Shown: positions 8,218 through 18,551 of the stretch, piece by piece | Layout: every line of letters begins with the position of its first letter | Numbering within the stretch: position 1 is the first letter of the stretch | IMG/VR virus record: IMGVR_UViG_3300049857_000042 | Location: 1 to 32,222 of that record | Strand: one strand, 5' to 3' | Length of the DNA: 32,222 nt | DNA from: a virus | Taxonomy: Duplodnaviria > Caudoviricetes | Notes under the pieces: generated by a model | Database searches by the model: none | What the model saw: only the letters and a program-made list of their open reading frames with translations | Told to the model about the DNA's origin: nothing | Made by a program: the position numbers and the translations under genes

Positions 8218-8733
8218 CTATGCTCCTAACTCTGCGTATATCGATACGTTAAACTCGCCTTGGTCTACCTGAACTCCTACGATCCTAAGCCTTAGAAGAT
8301 CTCCCTGAGCAAAGCTCTGAGAGTCAACGTCAACCCAGTCAACGGTTCCTGATATAGAACCTGCGGTGATGCCTGTTACTGTTACGGGGTTGTCTAAAAG
8401 AGGAGTCCAGCTTACGCCGTTGTCGACTGACTTGTCTATCTCAACCTCGAGGTTACCGCTAGTTGAAGGTGCTAGAAGGGTAACAACGAAGCTTACCATG
8501 GTGCCGTCAACAGGAGCCTTGTAAACAGGAACCTGCTCTAGTATGTCCTCTGCGTCGTACTCTGCTATGTGACCGCCGAACTTCATGTTGAAGACGTCAA
8601 CTATCGCAGCCTGCTGAAGGCTTGCAACCGTCTCGTTCAGGTAGTCCTCGTTTGACTTTATCCTGGTGAACAGCTCTTCCTTGGTTGGTTTACCGGCTTG
8701 TATGTCTGCGCTGTTAAGCGTTACGTAAGGCAT
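8218..8733 (-). CDS. tail tip/accessory virion protein
   Basis: Position in the tail cluster, beta-rich, GDLLRLRIV..Q motif, AGGAG RBS. Confidence 0.55.
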   Translation of the reverse strand: MPYVTLNSADIQAGKPTKEELFTRIKSNEDYLNETVASLQQAAIVDVFNMKFGGHIAEYDAEDILEQVPVYKAPVDGTMVSFVVTLLAPSTSGNLEVEIDKSVDNGVSWTPLLDNPVTVTGITAGSISGTVDWVDVDSQSFAQGDLLRLRIVGVQVDQGEFNVSIYAELGA

Positions 8734-8743
8734 CTTGTGTCTC

Positions 8744-11302
8744 CTAGCTTATAAGGTTCGTGTTAGCGGTTCGTTCCTCGCTGTTTACTATCCCTTGAGA
8801 GTTGGTTATGTAACCGTACTTAAGTCTCTCGTCGACGCTGGCAGAGGTGTAGTCTGCGGCGTCGTTAGGTGTTATTACAGCGGACGTGTTGAACGTGTTG
8901 TTAAGGTCCGTGGCTTCTATAACTATCTCCTCGCCGTTCTTGGTTAGACCTATAACCAAGACAAGCTTCTTTCTGGTAGAGTCGTCTCCGAAGCGCTTGT
9001 AGAGCCTGTCAAACTCTAGCTGCAGAACGTCGCCTATTGCTACATCCTCCAACCTAAGGTCTGAGCTTATGGTAACGTCTGACCGTCCTAGACGGTTGAA
9101 GTACGTGTACCTGTGAGACATTATTGACGCGTCGTCTGAGTCGTATATGTAGCAGTTAAGCGTTGCCGTCTGGTTGGTTCCTACGTAGTCTCTCACGAAC
9201 TCTGACTCGTACGTTACCACCGAGTTGCCACCTTGCTTCGTTATCCTGTTGTAGTCCTGAAAGCGATAGTTGATGACGCTGTTCCTGAAGTTCTTGCCGT
9301 TGGTTGTCTTGATCTTCCAGTCTATGACGTCTGAGTCTCTAACTATCCTTGGCTCTGACGGAACGTCGTTCTTAAGAACCCTGTGCTGAAGGTTAAGGTC
9401 GTCGTCAAGTGTTAGGCAGCAGTACGTTGACTTGTTAAGAAGGTCTATGGCGTCCTTGGCTGAGGTTAGCTGAGACCCTTGAGACGTTGGTATCATGAGA
9501 GATATAACCTGAGACGCGGACGCCGCGCTGTCCTCGAAGGTTTGGTCGTTGAAGTTCGTTAGACCTACCTCAGAGCAGATGTCCTTAACGGCCTGAGAAG
9601 CAGTCTTGATCCACTCCCCTTCAGGCTCTCCGTCCTCGGTCTTGCCGATAACGTTAACAGACACAACCGTGCTGTCAGTTATGTAGTCAGGAAGCTTAAC
9701 CCTCGCTTCTCCTGTGTGGTTAGGATCCGCGAACGGAACCCTAAGCTCTATCTGCTGCTCGTCAACCGATAGTATCTCGTAGTACGTGGTAAAGGTTATG
9801 GCTGACGGTCTTATCCAGTCCCTAGAAGATACAAGCTCTCTTAGGTCAACGCTGTCTGTTGTTGTTAGGATCCTTGATCCGTTCGTGAATGTTAAGGCCG
9901 CTCCTAGCTCCTTAGACTTAGCAAGGGTGAACTCAACGTCCTGACTTAAGGTGACCTTAAGCTCGTTCGTTGGAGCTCCTAGGTTAGATATGGTGTAGTT
10001 CTCAGGAACGACAAGCTTACCCTCAACGTAAACGCTTTGAACCGGCTGACGAGTAACGTTAGAGCCTACGGTAGGTGCAGTTACAAGGTTCTGAACAAGC
10101 ACTATAACGTTGTTGTTTATCTGCCTGATGGCTACTCGCTCAGAGGTTTCAAACTCAACGAAGTCTCCTATGTAGAGACCTTCGGTCGTGTCAAGAAGTA
10201 TCCTGTTAAGAGAGAACACCTGAACGATCTCTCTTACCACCTTGCTGCACGCGTGATCGGTAACAAAGAACTCTCTGTTCTTGGTTGTGGTTGCTATCTC
10301 TGGAACAACAGTTACGGTCTCTGCGCTGAACGAGAACTTAGGTATCTCTGTGACCTCAAGAGTAACGTCGTCTGTTACGTGCTCTACGTTGAACTCAACG
10401 TCGTTGATGGTTATAACATCGTTAGGCGAAAGCTCGCTTAGAAACAAGGTTCCTGTTCCTGCTATAACGTTGGTGAACGTGTTGCCTGCAACGGTTCCGG
10501 TTATAGCATACCCTTGACCTATCTGGTCTATAGACTGAGCCTTAAGTCCGTCAACCTTGCCGTATACCCATCTCTTAACCTGACCGTTGACGTTATCGTT
10601 AACGGTGTCTAGGTCAGAGAACACTCCCTGAGGAAGCTTCTGGTCTAGGTCAAATATCTGATCCTTGATGGTAAAGGTGACAGTCTTTGAGTTGAACGCC
10701 TTGTTGGTAACGCGGCCTCTGTAAAGAAGCTTAGCGTCGGAGTAAGGAAGATCCCTGTTCCAGCTGTATATTGTGCACTGCTGGTTCTCGAACAAAAGCG
10801 TATCGAACACCTCGTCTAAACCGCCGTCAGTGTTCTCAAGAACCAAGTCTCCTTGTCCTACAAGAGAAGTTAAGCTCTGCTCGATACCAACCTTGTGCTT
10901 GTAGCCGGGGTTATCGTTTATTCGTCCTTGATACAGAACGTGAGCGTCACCCGTGGTAAGGCTCCACGGAGCTGCAAGGTTGCAGGATGCAAAGAAGAAC
11001 TGGTAGGTTGCTATCGTTTGAACCGTGTTAGGGTTAACAGATCCTGTGGTTCTGACGTACAGCGATGACGTTTCTATGTCGTAGAAGAAGGTACCGGGAG
11101 TCATAGATCCTACAGAAGACACCTTTGTTAAAGGAGTTTGCTCTTCCTTAAGATCAAGAACGAAGTATCTTGTAACCTTCTTGTACACGCTTCCTGTGTA
11201 GAACTGCCACTCAAGAACTCGCCCTGTAGCTTGAAGCTGGGCGAGTACTATCTTCTCTGATGCTTGAGCTGAAACGAACTCTTGTCTGTTGGTGAAGTTC
11301 AC
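8744..11302 (-). CDS. tail hub / central tail-tip protein
   Basis: 852 aa, beta-rich, downstream of tape measure and distal tail genes. LYRGRV and VYGKV segments, C-terminal IGDVLQL motif of hub proteins. Confidence 0.65.
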   Translation of the reverse strand: MNFTNRQEFVSAQASEKIVLAQLQATGRVLEWQFYTGSVYKKVTRYFVLDLKEEQTPLTKVSSVGSMTPGTFFYDIETSSLYVRTTGSVNPNTVQTIATYQFFFASCNLAAPWSLTTGDAHVLYQGRINDNPGYKHKVGIEQSLTSLVGQGDLVLENTDGGLDEVFDTLLFENQQCTIYSWNRDLPYSDAKLLYRGRVTNKAFNSKTVTFTIKDQIFDLDQKLPQGVFSDLDTVNDNVNGQVKRWVYGKVDGLKAQSIDQIGQGYAITGTVAGNTFTNVIAGTGTLFLSELSPNDVITINDVEFNVEHVTDDVTLEVTEIPKFSFSAETVTVVPEIATTTKNREFFVTDHACSKVVREIVQVFSLNRILLDTTEGLYIGDFVEFETSERVAIRQINNNVIVLVQNLVTAPTVGSNVTRQPVQSVYVEGKLVVPENYTISNLGAPTNELKVTLSQDVEFTLAKSKELGAALTFTNGSRILTTTDSVDLRELVSSRDWIRPSAITFTTYYEILSVDEQQIELRVPFADPNHTGEARVKLPDYITDSTVVSVNVIGKTEDGEPEGEWIKTASQAVKDICSEVGLTNFNDQTFEDSAASASQVISLMIPTSQGSQLTSAKDAIDLLNKSTYCCLTLDDDLNLQHRVLKNDVPSEPRIVRDSDVIDWKIKTTNGKNFRNSVINYRFQDYNRITKQGGNSVVTYESEFVRDYVGTNQTATLNCYIYDSDDASIMSHRYTYFNRLGRSDVTISSDLRLEDVAIGDVLQLEFDRLYKRFGDDSTRKKLVLVIGLTKNGEEIVIEATDLNNTFNTSAVITPNDAADYTSASVDERLKYGYITNSQGIVNSEERTANTNLIS

Positions 11303-12447
11303 TATTTGCTCCTAGACTTTGAGCCTTTGAGTACCTTGTCTGTTGCGCTTGGAAGCGATACTCCGTTTTGATATATCCTAAGAAACGGCGTGCTTGACTG
11401 AGTTATTGCTAGATACTTCTTGTCGTGAGTTATGCTGCAGCTTCTAACGCTAGTTGAAGGTTGCGGAGGATCTACTTGTCTTGTAAACGATGTTCCATTG
11501 ACGCTGTATATCATAACCTTTGTTGTACCATCTCCCGTGAATATGCAGTGCTTGCCATCAGACGTGAAAGTTACAGACCCTGCTCCTGTTATAGTGTCTG
11601 GAGCAGTATCAAACGGTGATGTCACCTTGGTGAACGTAGTTCCAGAAACTGTGTACACTATAGCAGAAGGAGATCCTACGTTGTAAACTACATACATTGA
11701 TCCGTCTGGAGAGAATGATCCTCCGTAACCTGCGCTTGCTGGAGTATCTGCAGGTGCGCTTTGTAGGGTAAACGTTGTGTTATCTCGCTCGAACACTAAT
11801 ATGTAGGGACTCTCGTTGGCTAACAAAACCATGAGACGGTCGTTAGGAGAGAACGATATCTCGTTCACTATGGCAGTAGGAGTACCGGTAGGGTTTGTAA
11901 GCGCTGTTATTGTTGCTCCGGTTCTCTCTGCTATGTAAAAGAATGGAGTGATAGAAGGACCTATAGCTAGAAACCTACCATTCTTAGACCAAGCAACTGA
12001 CTGCCCTTGCTGGCTAGGTACAGTTCCTGGTGTGGCGTACACGTTAAAAAATGACGCGTCTCTGTCGTAAACCTTAAATCTTGGAGAGTTCGAGTGAGCT
12101 ATAAGAAGCTGCTTGCCATCTTCGGTCCATTCAAGATAACTTCCGTTACCGTTAGGTAAGGTCGCAGGGTTAGTTATCTTCCTGAATATACCGTCTATGT
12201 TCTCGTATATAGTTAAGAACGGCGTAGTGGTATGTCCTGTAGCCAGGTAGTAACCATCTGGTGAGAACTTGCAGTCGATGCATTCTCCCGTAGGCTGTGT
12301 GGCAGGGTCAGTCATGAACGTTAGGTTCTTAAGATCATCGTTGGTTTGAAACACCTTGTTGTTAACTAGAACTGTAGAAGCCGAGTAGTTCGGATCCGCC
12401 TGGGTTACAGCAAGGCTCTTACCCTTTACTTCGTTATTCTTTGCCAT
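11302..12447 (-). CDS. WD40-like beta-propeller protein, putative receptor-binding
   Basis: Seven repeats of about 45 aa (FSPDG/WTEDG/WSKNG/FSPND/FSPDG/FTSDG/ITHDK, each followed by ..LA....P...IY). Confidence 0.75.
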   Translation of the reverse strand: MAKNNEVKGKSLAVTQADPNYSASTVLVNNKVFQTNDDLKNLTFMTDPATQPTGECIDCKFSPDGYYLATGHTTTPFLTIYENIDGIFRKITNPATLPNGNGSYLEWTEDGKQLLIAHSNSPRFKVYDRDASFFNVYATPGTVPSQQGQSVAWSKNGRFLAIGPSITPFFYIAERTGATITALTNPTGTPTAIVNEISFSPNDRLMVLLANESPYILVFERDNTTFTLQSAPADTPASAGYGGSFSPDGSMYVVYNVGSPSAIVYTVSGTTFTKVTSPFDTAPDTITGAGSVTFTSDGKHCIFTGDGTTKVMIYSVNGTSFTRQVDPPQPSTSVRSCSITHDKKYLAITQSSTPFLRIYQNGVSLPSATDKVLKGSKSRSK

Positions 12448-12456
12448 CTATTTCTC

Positions 12457-14256
12457 CTAAGGAAGTGTGCTTGTTAGTACGTAAACGTCTACGCTGCCTG
12501 CGGTTGCTGCGCTAACGTTGGCTCCGGTGCTTACTGCAGCCAGTCGTATGCTTACAGCAGAGCTGAAGTCCTCAACGTCTACCGTGTTAGAGGTTTGAGA
12601 TATGGTGTTGCCTGTTGCTTGAAACACGTCAAACGCTGAAGCGTGCTTTGTTAGGTTGCCTGATATACCTACAGAAAGAGTGAACCCAGTCAACGATCCA
12701 CCGCTGAACGCAGTCGTGTGTTTTATAACAACTGCGTGTATGACACCCTTAGCAGCAAGAGAGAAGAGCTCTATATCCTCTGACGTGGCTGCTGCCGTGA
12801 ACGCAGACTCAGATACCGTATACTTAGTCCATGAAGGTCCTGAGTTGCCTGAGCTAGGAACAGCAAAGGTTCCATCAGCCTTCAAGAACTTACCCGCCGC
12901 TGCGTCTCCCGCTGCTGGAGCTGGAACAAGACCCTTAGTGCCGCCTGATCCTGAGTCTCCTACGAACGTGTTAAGTATCGCGGTTGCCTGAGTGGCAGAA
13001 AGATCCTCTGGGTCTCCTGTTCCTGCGGTAGTTCTACCCTTGATTGTTTGAGTAGCCATGTTAGAAAGCTTGGTGTTGTCTACAACGTCAGACTGAATTG
13101 TTGCTGTAGCTGATCCTGGACCGCTAGCAGCAACGTCACCAGTTAAGGATGTTATGTAGTTACCTGTTGCTTGCTTAGTTGCTAGAGCGTCAAACACCGC
13201 GTTCTGAGAAGGAGCCTTGTTCGTCACTCCGTCTACAATGGCGTCATCTACAACGGCAGCTCTGGCTCTAGCGTCCGTGAAGTAAAGGTTGGTTGATCCT
13301 TCTGAAACGTCGTCAGTGTCAAGAACTACTATACCTGTCTGACCGTTGACAGAGCTTACAGCGTCTGTCGTGTCTGACTTCTCCCATATCAAGGATGAGT
13401 TAAGGATGACGTAGTCTCCAACGTCATAGCTTATAGATCCTGATCCTAGGTTCTGGGTACCTGCGGTACCAACCCTATAAACCATACCAACGTCACCGGC
13501 TCCGTCTGCTAACGTAGGGCTGTTGGTTGAAGCGTTCCATACACCTTCGTAGGTCATGACTGCTGACGGAAGCTGAGACAGAGGAACCTTACCGCCGCCG
13601 TCTAGGGTAGCAACTCCGTTGTTTGCTCCCTTCTCAGTGTAAAGGATCCTTCCGTCTACGTCGGACTGAAGCTCGTCAAGCGCTGACTGAACGTCTGTGG
13701 CTGAAAGGTTACCAGACGGTACGTTAGATATGGCAGAGGCATCGTGAGCGTCTGTTGCGTCAGACAGGTGATCGTCTATGTCTGTCTGAAGCTCCTCTAA
13801 GGCATCCTGAGCGTTAACCGATGTTAGGTTGCCGCTTGGAGTAACCGTTATACCTTCAGCCGGGTGTACCTCGAAGTCGTCAACAAGGTGAGCGTCTATG
13901 GCTGCTTGAGCCGCCGCTGCAGCTGCTGAGTTGTTGTCTAGCTGGGTCTGTATGTTACCTGACACGCCGTTAAGCTGCTGGAACTCTGTGTTCGACACTG
14001 ATCCGTCAGCGATGTTAGAGGCGTCAACCATCGAGGTGCTTGATATAAGCGATACCCAGGCATCCTCATCCGTGTTCCAGTAGTGTATAGCGTTGTCGGT
14101 CGTGTTGATGTAAACGTCACCAGGACCTCCAGGACCGTTGAACGACTCGAACTCAGCATCGCTAGCGTAGGTTGATAAAGCCGAAGCTTCGATGTTACCT
14201 ATGGTAGGAACTGAGGCGCTCTGCGATCCATCAAAAAAATCTAATATCTTAGCCAT
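12457..14256 (-). CDS. tail fibre protein
   Basis: Tandem H.A..I...PSGNL....(A/V)Q.AL.ELQ repeats, KGANNGVATLD, VSSVNGQTG.V.L, EGSTNLYFTDAR and GTKGLVPAPAAG, all typical fibre modules. Confidence 0.8.
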   Translation of the reverse strand: MAKILDFFDGSQSASVPTIGNIEASALSTYASDAEFESFNGPGGPGDVYINTTDNAIHYWNTDEDAWVSLISSTSMVDASNIADGSVSNTEFQQLNGVSGNIQTQLDNNSAAAAAAQAAIDAHLVDDFEVHPAEGITVTPSGNLTSVNAQDALEELQTDIDDHLSDATDAHDASAISNVPSGNLSATDVQSALDELQSDVDGRILYTEKGANNGVATLDGGGKVPLSQLPSAVMTYEGVWNASTNSPTLADGAGDVGMVYRVGTAGTQNLGSGSISYDVGDYVILNSSLIWEKSDTTDAVSSVNGQTGIVVLDTDDVSEGSTNLYFTDARARAAVVDDAIVDGVTNKAPSQNAVFDALATKQATGNYITSLTGDVAASGPGSATATIQSDVVDNTKLSNMATQTIKGRTTAGTGDPEDLSATQATAILNTFVGDSGSGGTKGLVPAPAAGDAAAGKFLKADGTFAVPSSGNSGPSWTKYTVSESAFTAAATSEDIELFSLAAKGVIHAVVIKHTTAFSGGSLTGFTLSVGISGNLTKHASAFDVFQATGNTISQTSNTVDVEDFSSAVSIRLAAVSTGANVSAATAGSVDVYVLTSTLP

Positions 14257-14259
14257 GTT

Positions 14260-14712
14260 TTATCCTCTGAAGGCATATATCTCGATGCCTGCGGGTTCTT
14301 CGTTATCGTTAGCGAGCTCGTCATAAACCTGATACTTTCTTTGATCCCACTCCCTGCATACCGCTAGATACTTAGCTGTGTCGTTGTCGTATCCAGGCAT
14401 GCTGAACTTAAGAGTGTACTCATGGTAGCTTTCGGTCTCTGCCACGTTGAGAGCTAAAGGGTCGGTGTCGAAGCGTATGTAGCCGTGCGCGTAAGGTTGG
14501 GTAACTGCGGCGTTGATGTCTGCGTATGGTATGTCAACCTGCTTAAGAAGCGTTGCTCCGTCATAAACTTCAAGTCTTAGGCTACCGCTTTCTAAGGTTC
14601 CGTTCTTGTAGATCCACAAGCGTATGGCACCTATCTGAGTGCTTCTCTGTATCCTTATAGGCTGCTCGAACACCACGTTCTCGTAGAGCTCGTCTATTAT
14701 TAAGGTACTCAT
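14260..14712 (-). CDS. hypothetical tail protein
   Basis: TAATG-coupled to the upstream gene, position in the tail cluster. Confidence 0.55.
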   Translation of the reverse strand: MSTLIIDELYENVVFEQPIRIQRSTQIGAIRLWIYKNGTLESGSLRLEVYDGATLLKQVDIPYADINAAVTQPYAHGYIRFDTDPLALNVAETESYHEYTLKFSMPGYDNDTAKYLAVCREWDQRKYQVYDELANDNEEPAGIEIYAFRG

Positions 14713-15485
14713 TATATAGCCTGATCCATGTCAATGCCTGTGGAGTAAAGCTGACCACCTGAGGATGACCATTTTATGTCGCTCTCCATGTAGCCGTATA
14801 TAGCTAGCTTGAAGTTACCAGCGTTCATTGCGTCCTCGTTGGGATCCACTATCATCCAGAAGGGAAGGTTCTTGCCGTGTCTTATAAGCATGTCGTCTAT
14901 AAGCTCCTGCTCCTCCTTGGTGCAGAACTCTATGTCTCCACCAAGAGTCTTAACGGTGTTAAGCTTGTTGATGAAGCGCTGCGCGTACTTGTTCTTCTTG
15001 ATCTCTGACATGTCCTTGTATCCGTAAGAGAAGCTTGATATTGACAAGCTGTTCTGAGGTATGTTGATGCCTTCTCCAACAAAAACCTTACCAAGCTCCG
15101 TGAAGCCGCCTGATCCTACTAGAGTAAGCTCGACGTACCTGTGGTTCACAGTTGTTATCTGTCTGTATCCTAATGAGTGCTCGTTTGATATAGAGATCGA
15201 GTATGAAGGGCTTGAGCTAAAGTCAGTAGTTGTTGAGGTCTTAAACGACGCGCTTGTGATGAGAAATAGGTCAGCCGGGTCTGAAGCTATTCCTACGTAC
15301 TCGATGTCCTGAGTGGTAAGAAGATCTATAAGGATGACCGCTGTTGAGCCTACGCTTCTGAACTTAACAGAAGGGCTGTCGTTTTTTAGGTTAGACAGAG
15401 GGAACTGAGCGTTCTCGCTGCCTGTGGTAAGAGAAAGAGTAGCGTTGTCGAACAGGTTGTTTGATAGAAACGTTATTCCTGACAT
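14712..15485 (-). CDS. distal tail (Dit)-like protein
   Basis: Immediately after the tape measure gene. FPLSNL, ELGKVFVG and PFWMIVDP...AIYG pattern. Confidence 0.6.
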   Translation of the reverse strand: MSGITFLSNNLFDNATLSLTTGSENAQFPLSNLKNDSPSVKFRSVGSTAVILIDLLTTQDIEYVGIASDPADLFLITSASFKTSTTTDFSSSPSYSISISNEHSLGYRQITTVNHRYVELTLVGSGGFTELGKVFVGEGINIPQNSLSISSFSYGYKDMSEIKKNKYAQRFINKLNTVKTLGGDIEFCTKEEQELIDDMLIRHGKNLPFWMIVDPNEDAMNAGNFKLAIYGYMESDIKWSSSGGQLYSTGIDMDQAI

Positions 15486-17612
15486 CTATACCACCTCTCC
15501 GAGCTTAAGTCCGTTTGCTACCTGACGAGAAACAGACCTAGCAACCACTTCACCGTCAAGCTCAACAACGTTGTTGATCTGGATAACTTGACCGCCTGCT
15601 CCGCCGTTGTTAGCCATGTCGAAGAGCTGAGCCTGCTGACCCTTGTTTAGAACCATCTCGCCTGAGTTAAGCTGAGCTGAAACCTTGTCTCCGCTGAAGG
15701 AGTTACCTGGAACGATACCTCCGTCTGCGAACTTAACTCCTACAACCTTAGCTGCCTGAGCTGCCATAGCGGCTCCAACCGCAGCGGCTGCTATGAAGTT
15801 AAAAGGAGGAGGGAACGCGGCTAAGGCTTTACCGACAGCAACTGGAGTGTCAATAGCGATCTGAGTTAAGGCTGCTGCCTTACCTATGGTTGCTAGCGTG
15901 CTGTTGTTCTCGTTCTGAAGGGTTGCAATGGTTGACAGAGTATCCTTGCGGTTACGTACAGAGTCCTCGTCGCTCTTCTTCTTGAGCTCGTTGGTCTTCT
16001 TCTGTATAGCAAGGTCTCTTGTTGCCTGATCTGCAGCTATCTTAGACTCAGCAAGAGCTAAAGCATTCTTGTCACCAAGACGTGTAGCGTCTGCTATCTG
16101 CTGCTGCTCGCGCTCGCGCGCAAGAACATCTGCCTGTCTTAGAAGCTCAAGCTCATCCTGCGCTGATAGCTCTCCGTCTGCAATTAAAACTTGTTCAAGA
16201 AGGGCTGCGTCTAGGCGCTGCTTCTCACCAAGTATCGCGTCATCATTCTTTATCTGAGCCTCTAAACGCTTACGCTGCTCGTCTAGCTCAGCTTGTGTTA
16301 AGCCTTCGTTTGCCGCCTTCTTGCGTCCTGTAGATGACTCAACAGCGCTTGCAGACTGCTCTGCAAGGTGAACCTCTGTGTTGAAAGCTGACTGAACGTT
16401 AGAGGCAAAGTCATCGGCCTGCTGAGAAGCAAAGGCCATGTTCGTTCCTATGTCAGTGACCGCTTGATCCATGTCGTCGGAGGTGCCTTTGAGAGCCATG
16501 GAGAAGTTCTCTATTGAAGTCTTCGCAGCCTCGAGTTCGTCAGCTATGGGAAGGTGAAGGATGCGAGCAACCTTAGACCAGCCGTCTATGATGACTGACA
16601 CGCCGTTTAGAACGTTTGCTGCGAGGTCTACGAACGCAGCTCCTACGGCAGTTACCACAAGCCTTAAACCTTGAACTGCGTTATAAACAAAGGTTGCAGC
16701 TTTAACCACGGCAACGAACGCGTCAACAACGAACTGACCTGCGGTTCTAACGGTGTTGCTTGACTCTATGAAGCCGCCGAAGTTCTTAACAAGCTGAGCT
16801 ATAGCCGTGAACACAGCCTTGAAGGCCGGTGTAAGCTTCTCAGCCATGCTGATCCTGATCTCCTCGAAAGCGTCCTTAACGGACTTGATGCGTCCTTGAA
16901 GAGTCTGGCTCTGTCTTGACATCGCGTTGAAAGCAAAGCCGCCTTCCTCACCAAGGCTCTTTAAAGCCTTCTGGAACGTCTCTGCGTCGATCTTGCCTCT
17001 GTTGGCAAGCTCCTTAACCTGTATCGTAGTCTTACCCATGACCTGAGCCAGGGCATCAACTATAGGTATGGCGTTGTTCTGAAACGCTGAAAGCTCGCGG
17101 CCTGTGAGTCTACCGGAAGCTTCTACCTTACCAAAAGCTATCGAAAGCTCGGTAAGGCTAGCGCCTGAGGCAGTTGATATGTCTCCAAGGTTTCTTAGAA
17201 CACCTTCTAGGTCCTTAACCTCGACGCCTAGAGCAAGAAGCTTCTCTGCGGCCTGACCTACCTCTGGTAGCTCAAAGGGTGACTCGTCTGAAACCTTCTG
17301 TATAGCCTTGAACGCAGCCTCAGCCGAGCTCAAGGATCCTGTTATAGTCTGAAGCTTAGCCTTGAGGTTGTCTACCTCAACGGCTGTCTCACCTACGGCA
17401 TGGAAGAAAGCTTCAACTTGCGAGGTAAGAGTAGAGACTGCTTTCGTAGCAAGGTTACCTAGAAACACCTGAGTGGCTCCGGTTACCTGTTTGATGGATA
17501 TGTTCAACGCCTTGAAAGCGTTGTCAGCCTCTTTAGTTTGCTTTGCAAGACCAGCGACGGCGGCTTTAGCCTGACCCTCGATGACCTGTACGTTAATCTT
17601 GATGTCTGCCAT
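15486..17612 (-). CDS. tape measure protein
   Basis: 708 aa, Ala-rich and helical. SPFEL..V...A..L.A.G, GRLTGREL and SQTLQGRI tape-measure domain, C-terminal FADGGIVPG...GEMVLN. Confidence 0.92.
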   Translation of the reverse strand: MADIKINVQVIEGQAKAAVAGLAKQTKEADNAFKALNISIKQVTGATQVFLGNLATKAVSTLTSQVEAFFHAVGETAVEVDNLKAKLQTITGSLSSAEAAFKAIQKVSDESPFELPEVGQAAEKLLALGVEVKDLEGVLRNLGDISTASGASLTELSIAFGKVEASGRLTGRELSAFQNNAIPIVDALAQVMGKTTIQVKELANRGKIDAETFQKALKSLGEEGGFAFNAMSRQSQTLQGRIKSVKDAFEEIRISMAEKLTPAFKAVFTAIAQLVKNFGGFIESSNTVRTAGQFVVDAFVAVVKAATFVYNAVQGLRLVVTAVGAAFVDLAANVLNGVSVIIDGWSKVARILHLPIADELEAAKTSIENFSMALKGTSDDMDQAVTDIGTNMAFASQQADDFASNVQSAFNTEVHLAEQSASAVESSTGRKKAANEGLTQAELDEQRKRLEAQIKNDDAILGEKQRLDAALLEQVLIADGELSAQDELELLRQADVLAREREQQQIADATRLGDKNALALAESKIAADQATRDLAIQKKTNELKKKSDEDSVRNRKDTLSTIATLQNENNSTLATIGKAAALTQIAIDTPVAVGKALAAFPPPFNFIAAAAVGAAMAAQAAKVVGVKFADGGIVPGNSFSGDKVSAQLNSGEMVLNKGQQAQLFDMANNGGAGGQVIQINNVVELDGEVVARSVSRQVANGLKLGEVV

Positions 17613-18089
17613 CTACTTTCTCTTTCTTTGTTGTCTAGACGCTTCTCTCTGCTGCTCTTCATGAAGCTTCTGCTCCCTCTCGGAGCGAAGCGCGTCTAGG
17701 ACCTGAAATATCTCAACTATCTTTGCTGGTTGCTCTGAGAACGAGCCTGGATACGGCATCACGCCGTGACGGTGGTAAAGATCAAACAGAGTAACGACGT
17801 AACCGAAGTACTCGATAGATATGTCTTCTATACCACGCTTGAAGTGTAGATCGAGCGATATGATCTCGCTCGGGAGCTTAGCCATCTTAAGCTTCATCTG
17901 CTCAAGGGCTTCCTGTGTATATCCTCTAGACAACAACCTTGGATCTATCTTCTTGTCTAGGGTTACCTTGTTATAGTGTCCGATCAAACTCGCGTACTCG
18001 AAGCTGCTTATGCTGGAGATCTCAAGGATCTTGATGTATACGTACTGCCAGAGGTATCCAAGGAACCAGGCACTATCTACTTCTTTTTT
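17613..18089 (-). CDS. -1 frameshift extension of tail assembly chaperone (lambda gpT-like)
   Basis: The -1 frame is open from the slippery site at 18089 into the ORF-track ORF 17613..17987. GVMPYPGSFSEQPA motif. Confidence 0.8.
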   Translation of the reverse strand, partial: KKEVDSAWFLGYLWQYVYIKILEISSISSFEYASLIGHYNKVTLDKKIDPRLLSRGYTQEALEQMKLKMAKLPSEIISLDLHFKRGIEDISIEYFGYVVTLFDLYHRHGVMPYPGSFSEQPAKIVEIFQVLDALRSEREQKLHEEQQREASRQQRKRK

Positions 18090-18490
18090 GCTTTAGGATC
18101 CTCAGACGTGATGAACGATACACCTGGGATCTTCTTCTTAGTTTCAGGATCAACGAACTCCTTAGGAACTCCGTTGATTAACGCTAAGCAAACAGTTATG
18201 AGCTTAGGGGTTTCTTCGATGTTCTGAAGATCTTCCCAGCACTCGTCAGTAAGCTTACCGTCCTTGATGTCGACCTCGTAAGGCTTGCCGCTTGAGTCCT
18301 CAAGACCTTTTATAGACTTGATGGCTGACTGAAGGGCTAGCTTTGCTCCTCTCATCGCTGAGTCCGTGCCGCCTTTAAGAACCTGCGACTGAACCTGCAT
18401 CTTCTGCTCGAACGTGAGCGGGCTTATTCCTACCACAAGGCTATCAACCTTTACAGGTATAACGTCTGTGGTTCTGTATATTCTTGACAT
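18077..18490 (-). CDS. tail assembly chaperone (lambda gpG-like)
   Basis: Between tail tube and tape measure genes. Ends GCA AAA AAG AAG TAG. Confidence 0.8.
   Translation of the reverse strand: MSRIYRTTDVIPVKVDSLVVGISPLTFEQKMQVQSQVLKGGTDSAMRGAKLALQSAIKSIKGLEDSSGKPYEVDIKDGKLTDECWEDLQNIEETPKLITVCLALINGVPKEFVDPETKKKIPGVSFITSEDPKAKKK
18083..18089 (-). other. programmed -1 ribosomal frameshift site A AAA AAG
   Basis: Canonical X XXY YYZ heptamer just before the chaperone stop, in register with the downstream ORF. Confidence 0.85.
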
Positions 18491-18507
18491 AAGTGTCTCC
18501 CTTACTT

Positions 18508-18538
18508 ATGAAACACCAGGGCCTTGTTAGACCCTGGT
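18508..18538 (-). terminator. stem-loop after the major tail gene
   Basis: ACCAGGGUCU-AACA-AGGCCCUGGU followed by GUUUCAU (short U tail). Confidence 0.55.
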
Positions 18539-18551
18539 CGTAGTTTGAATT

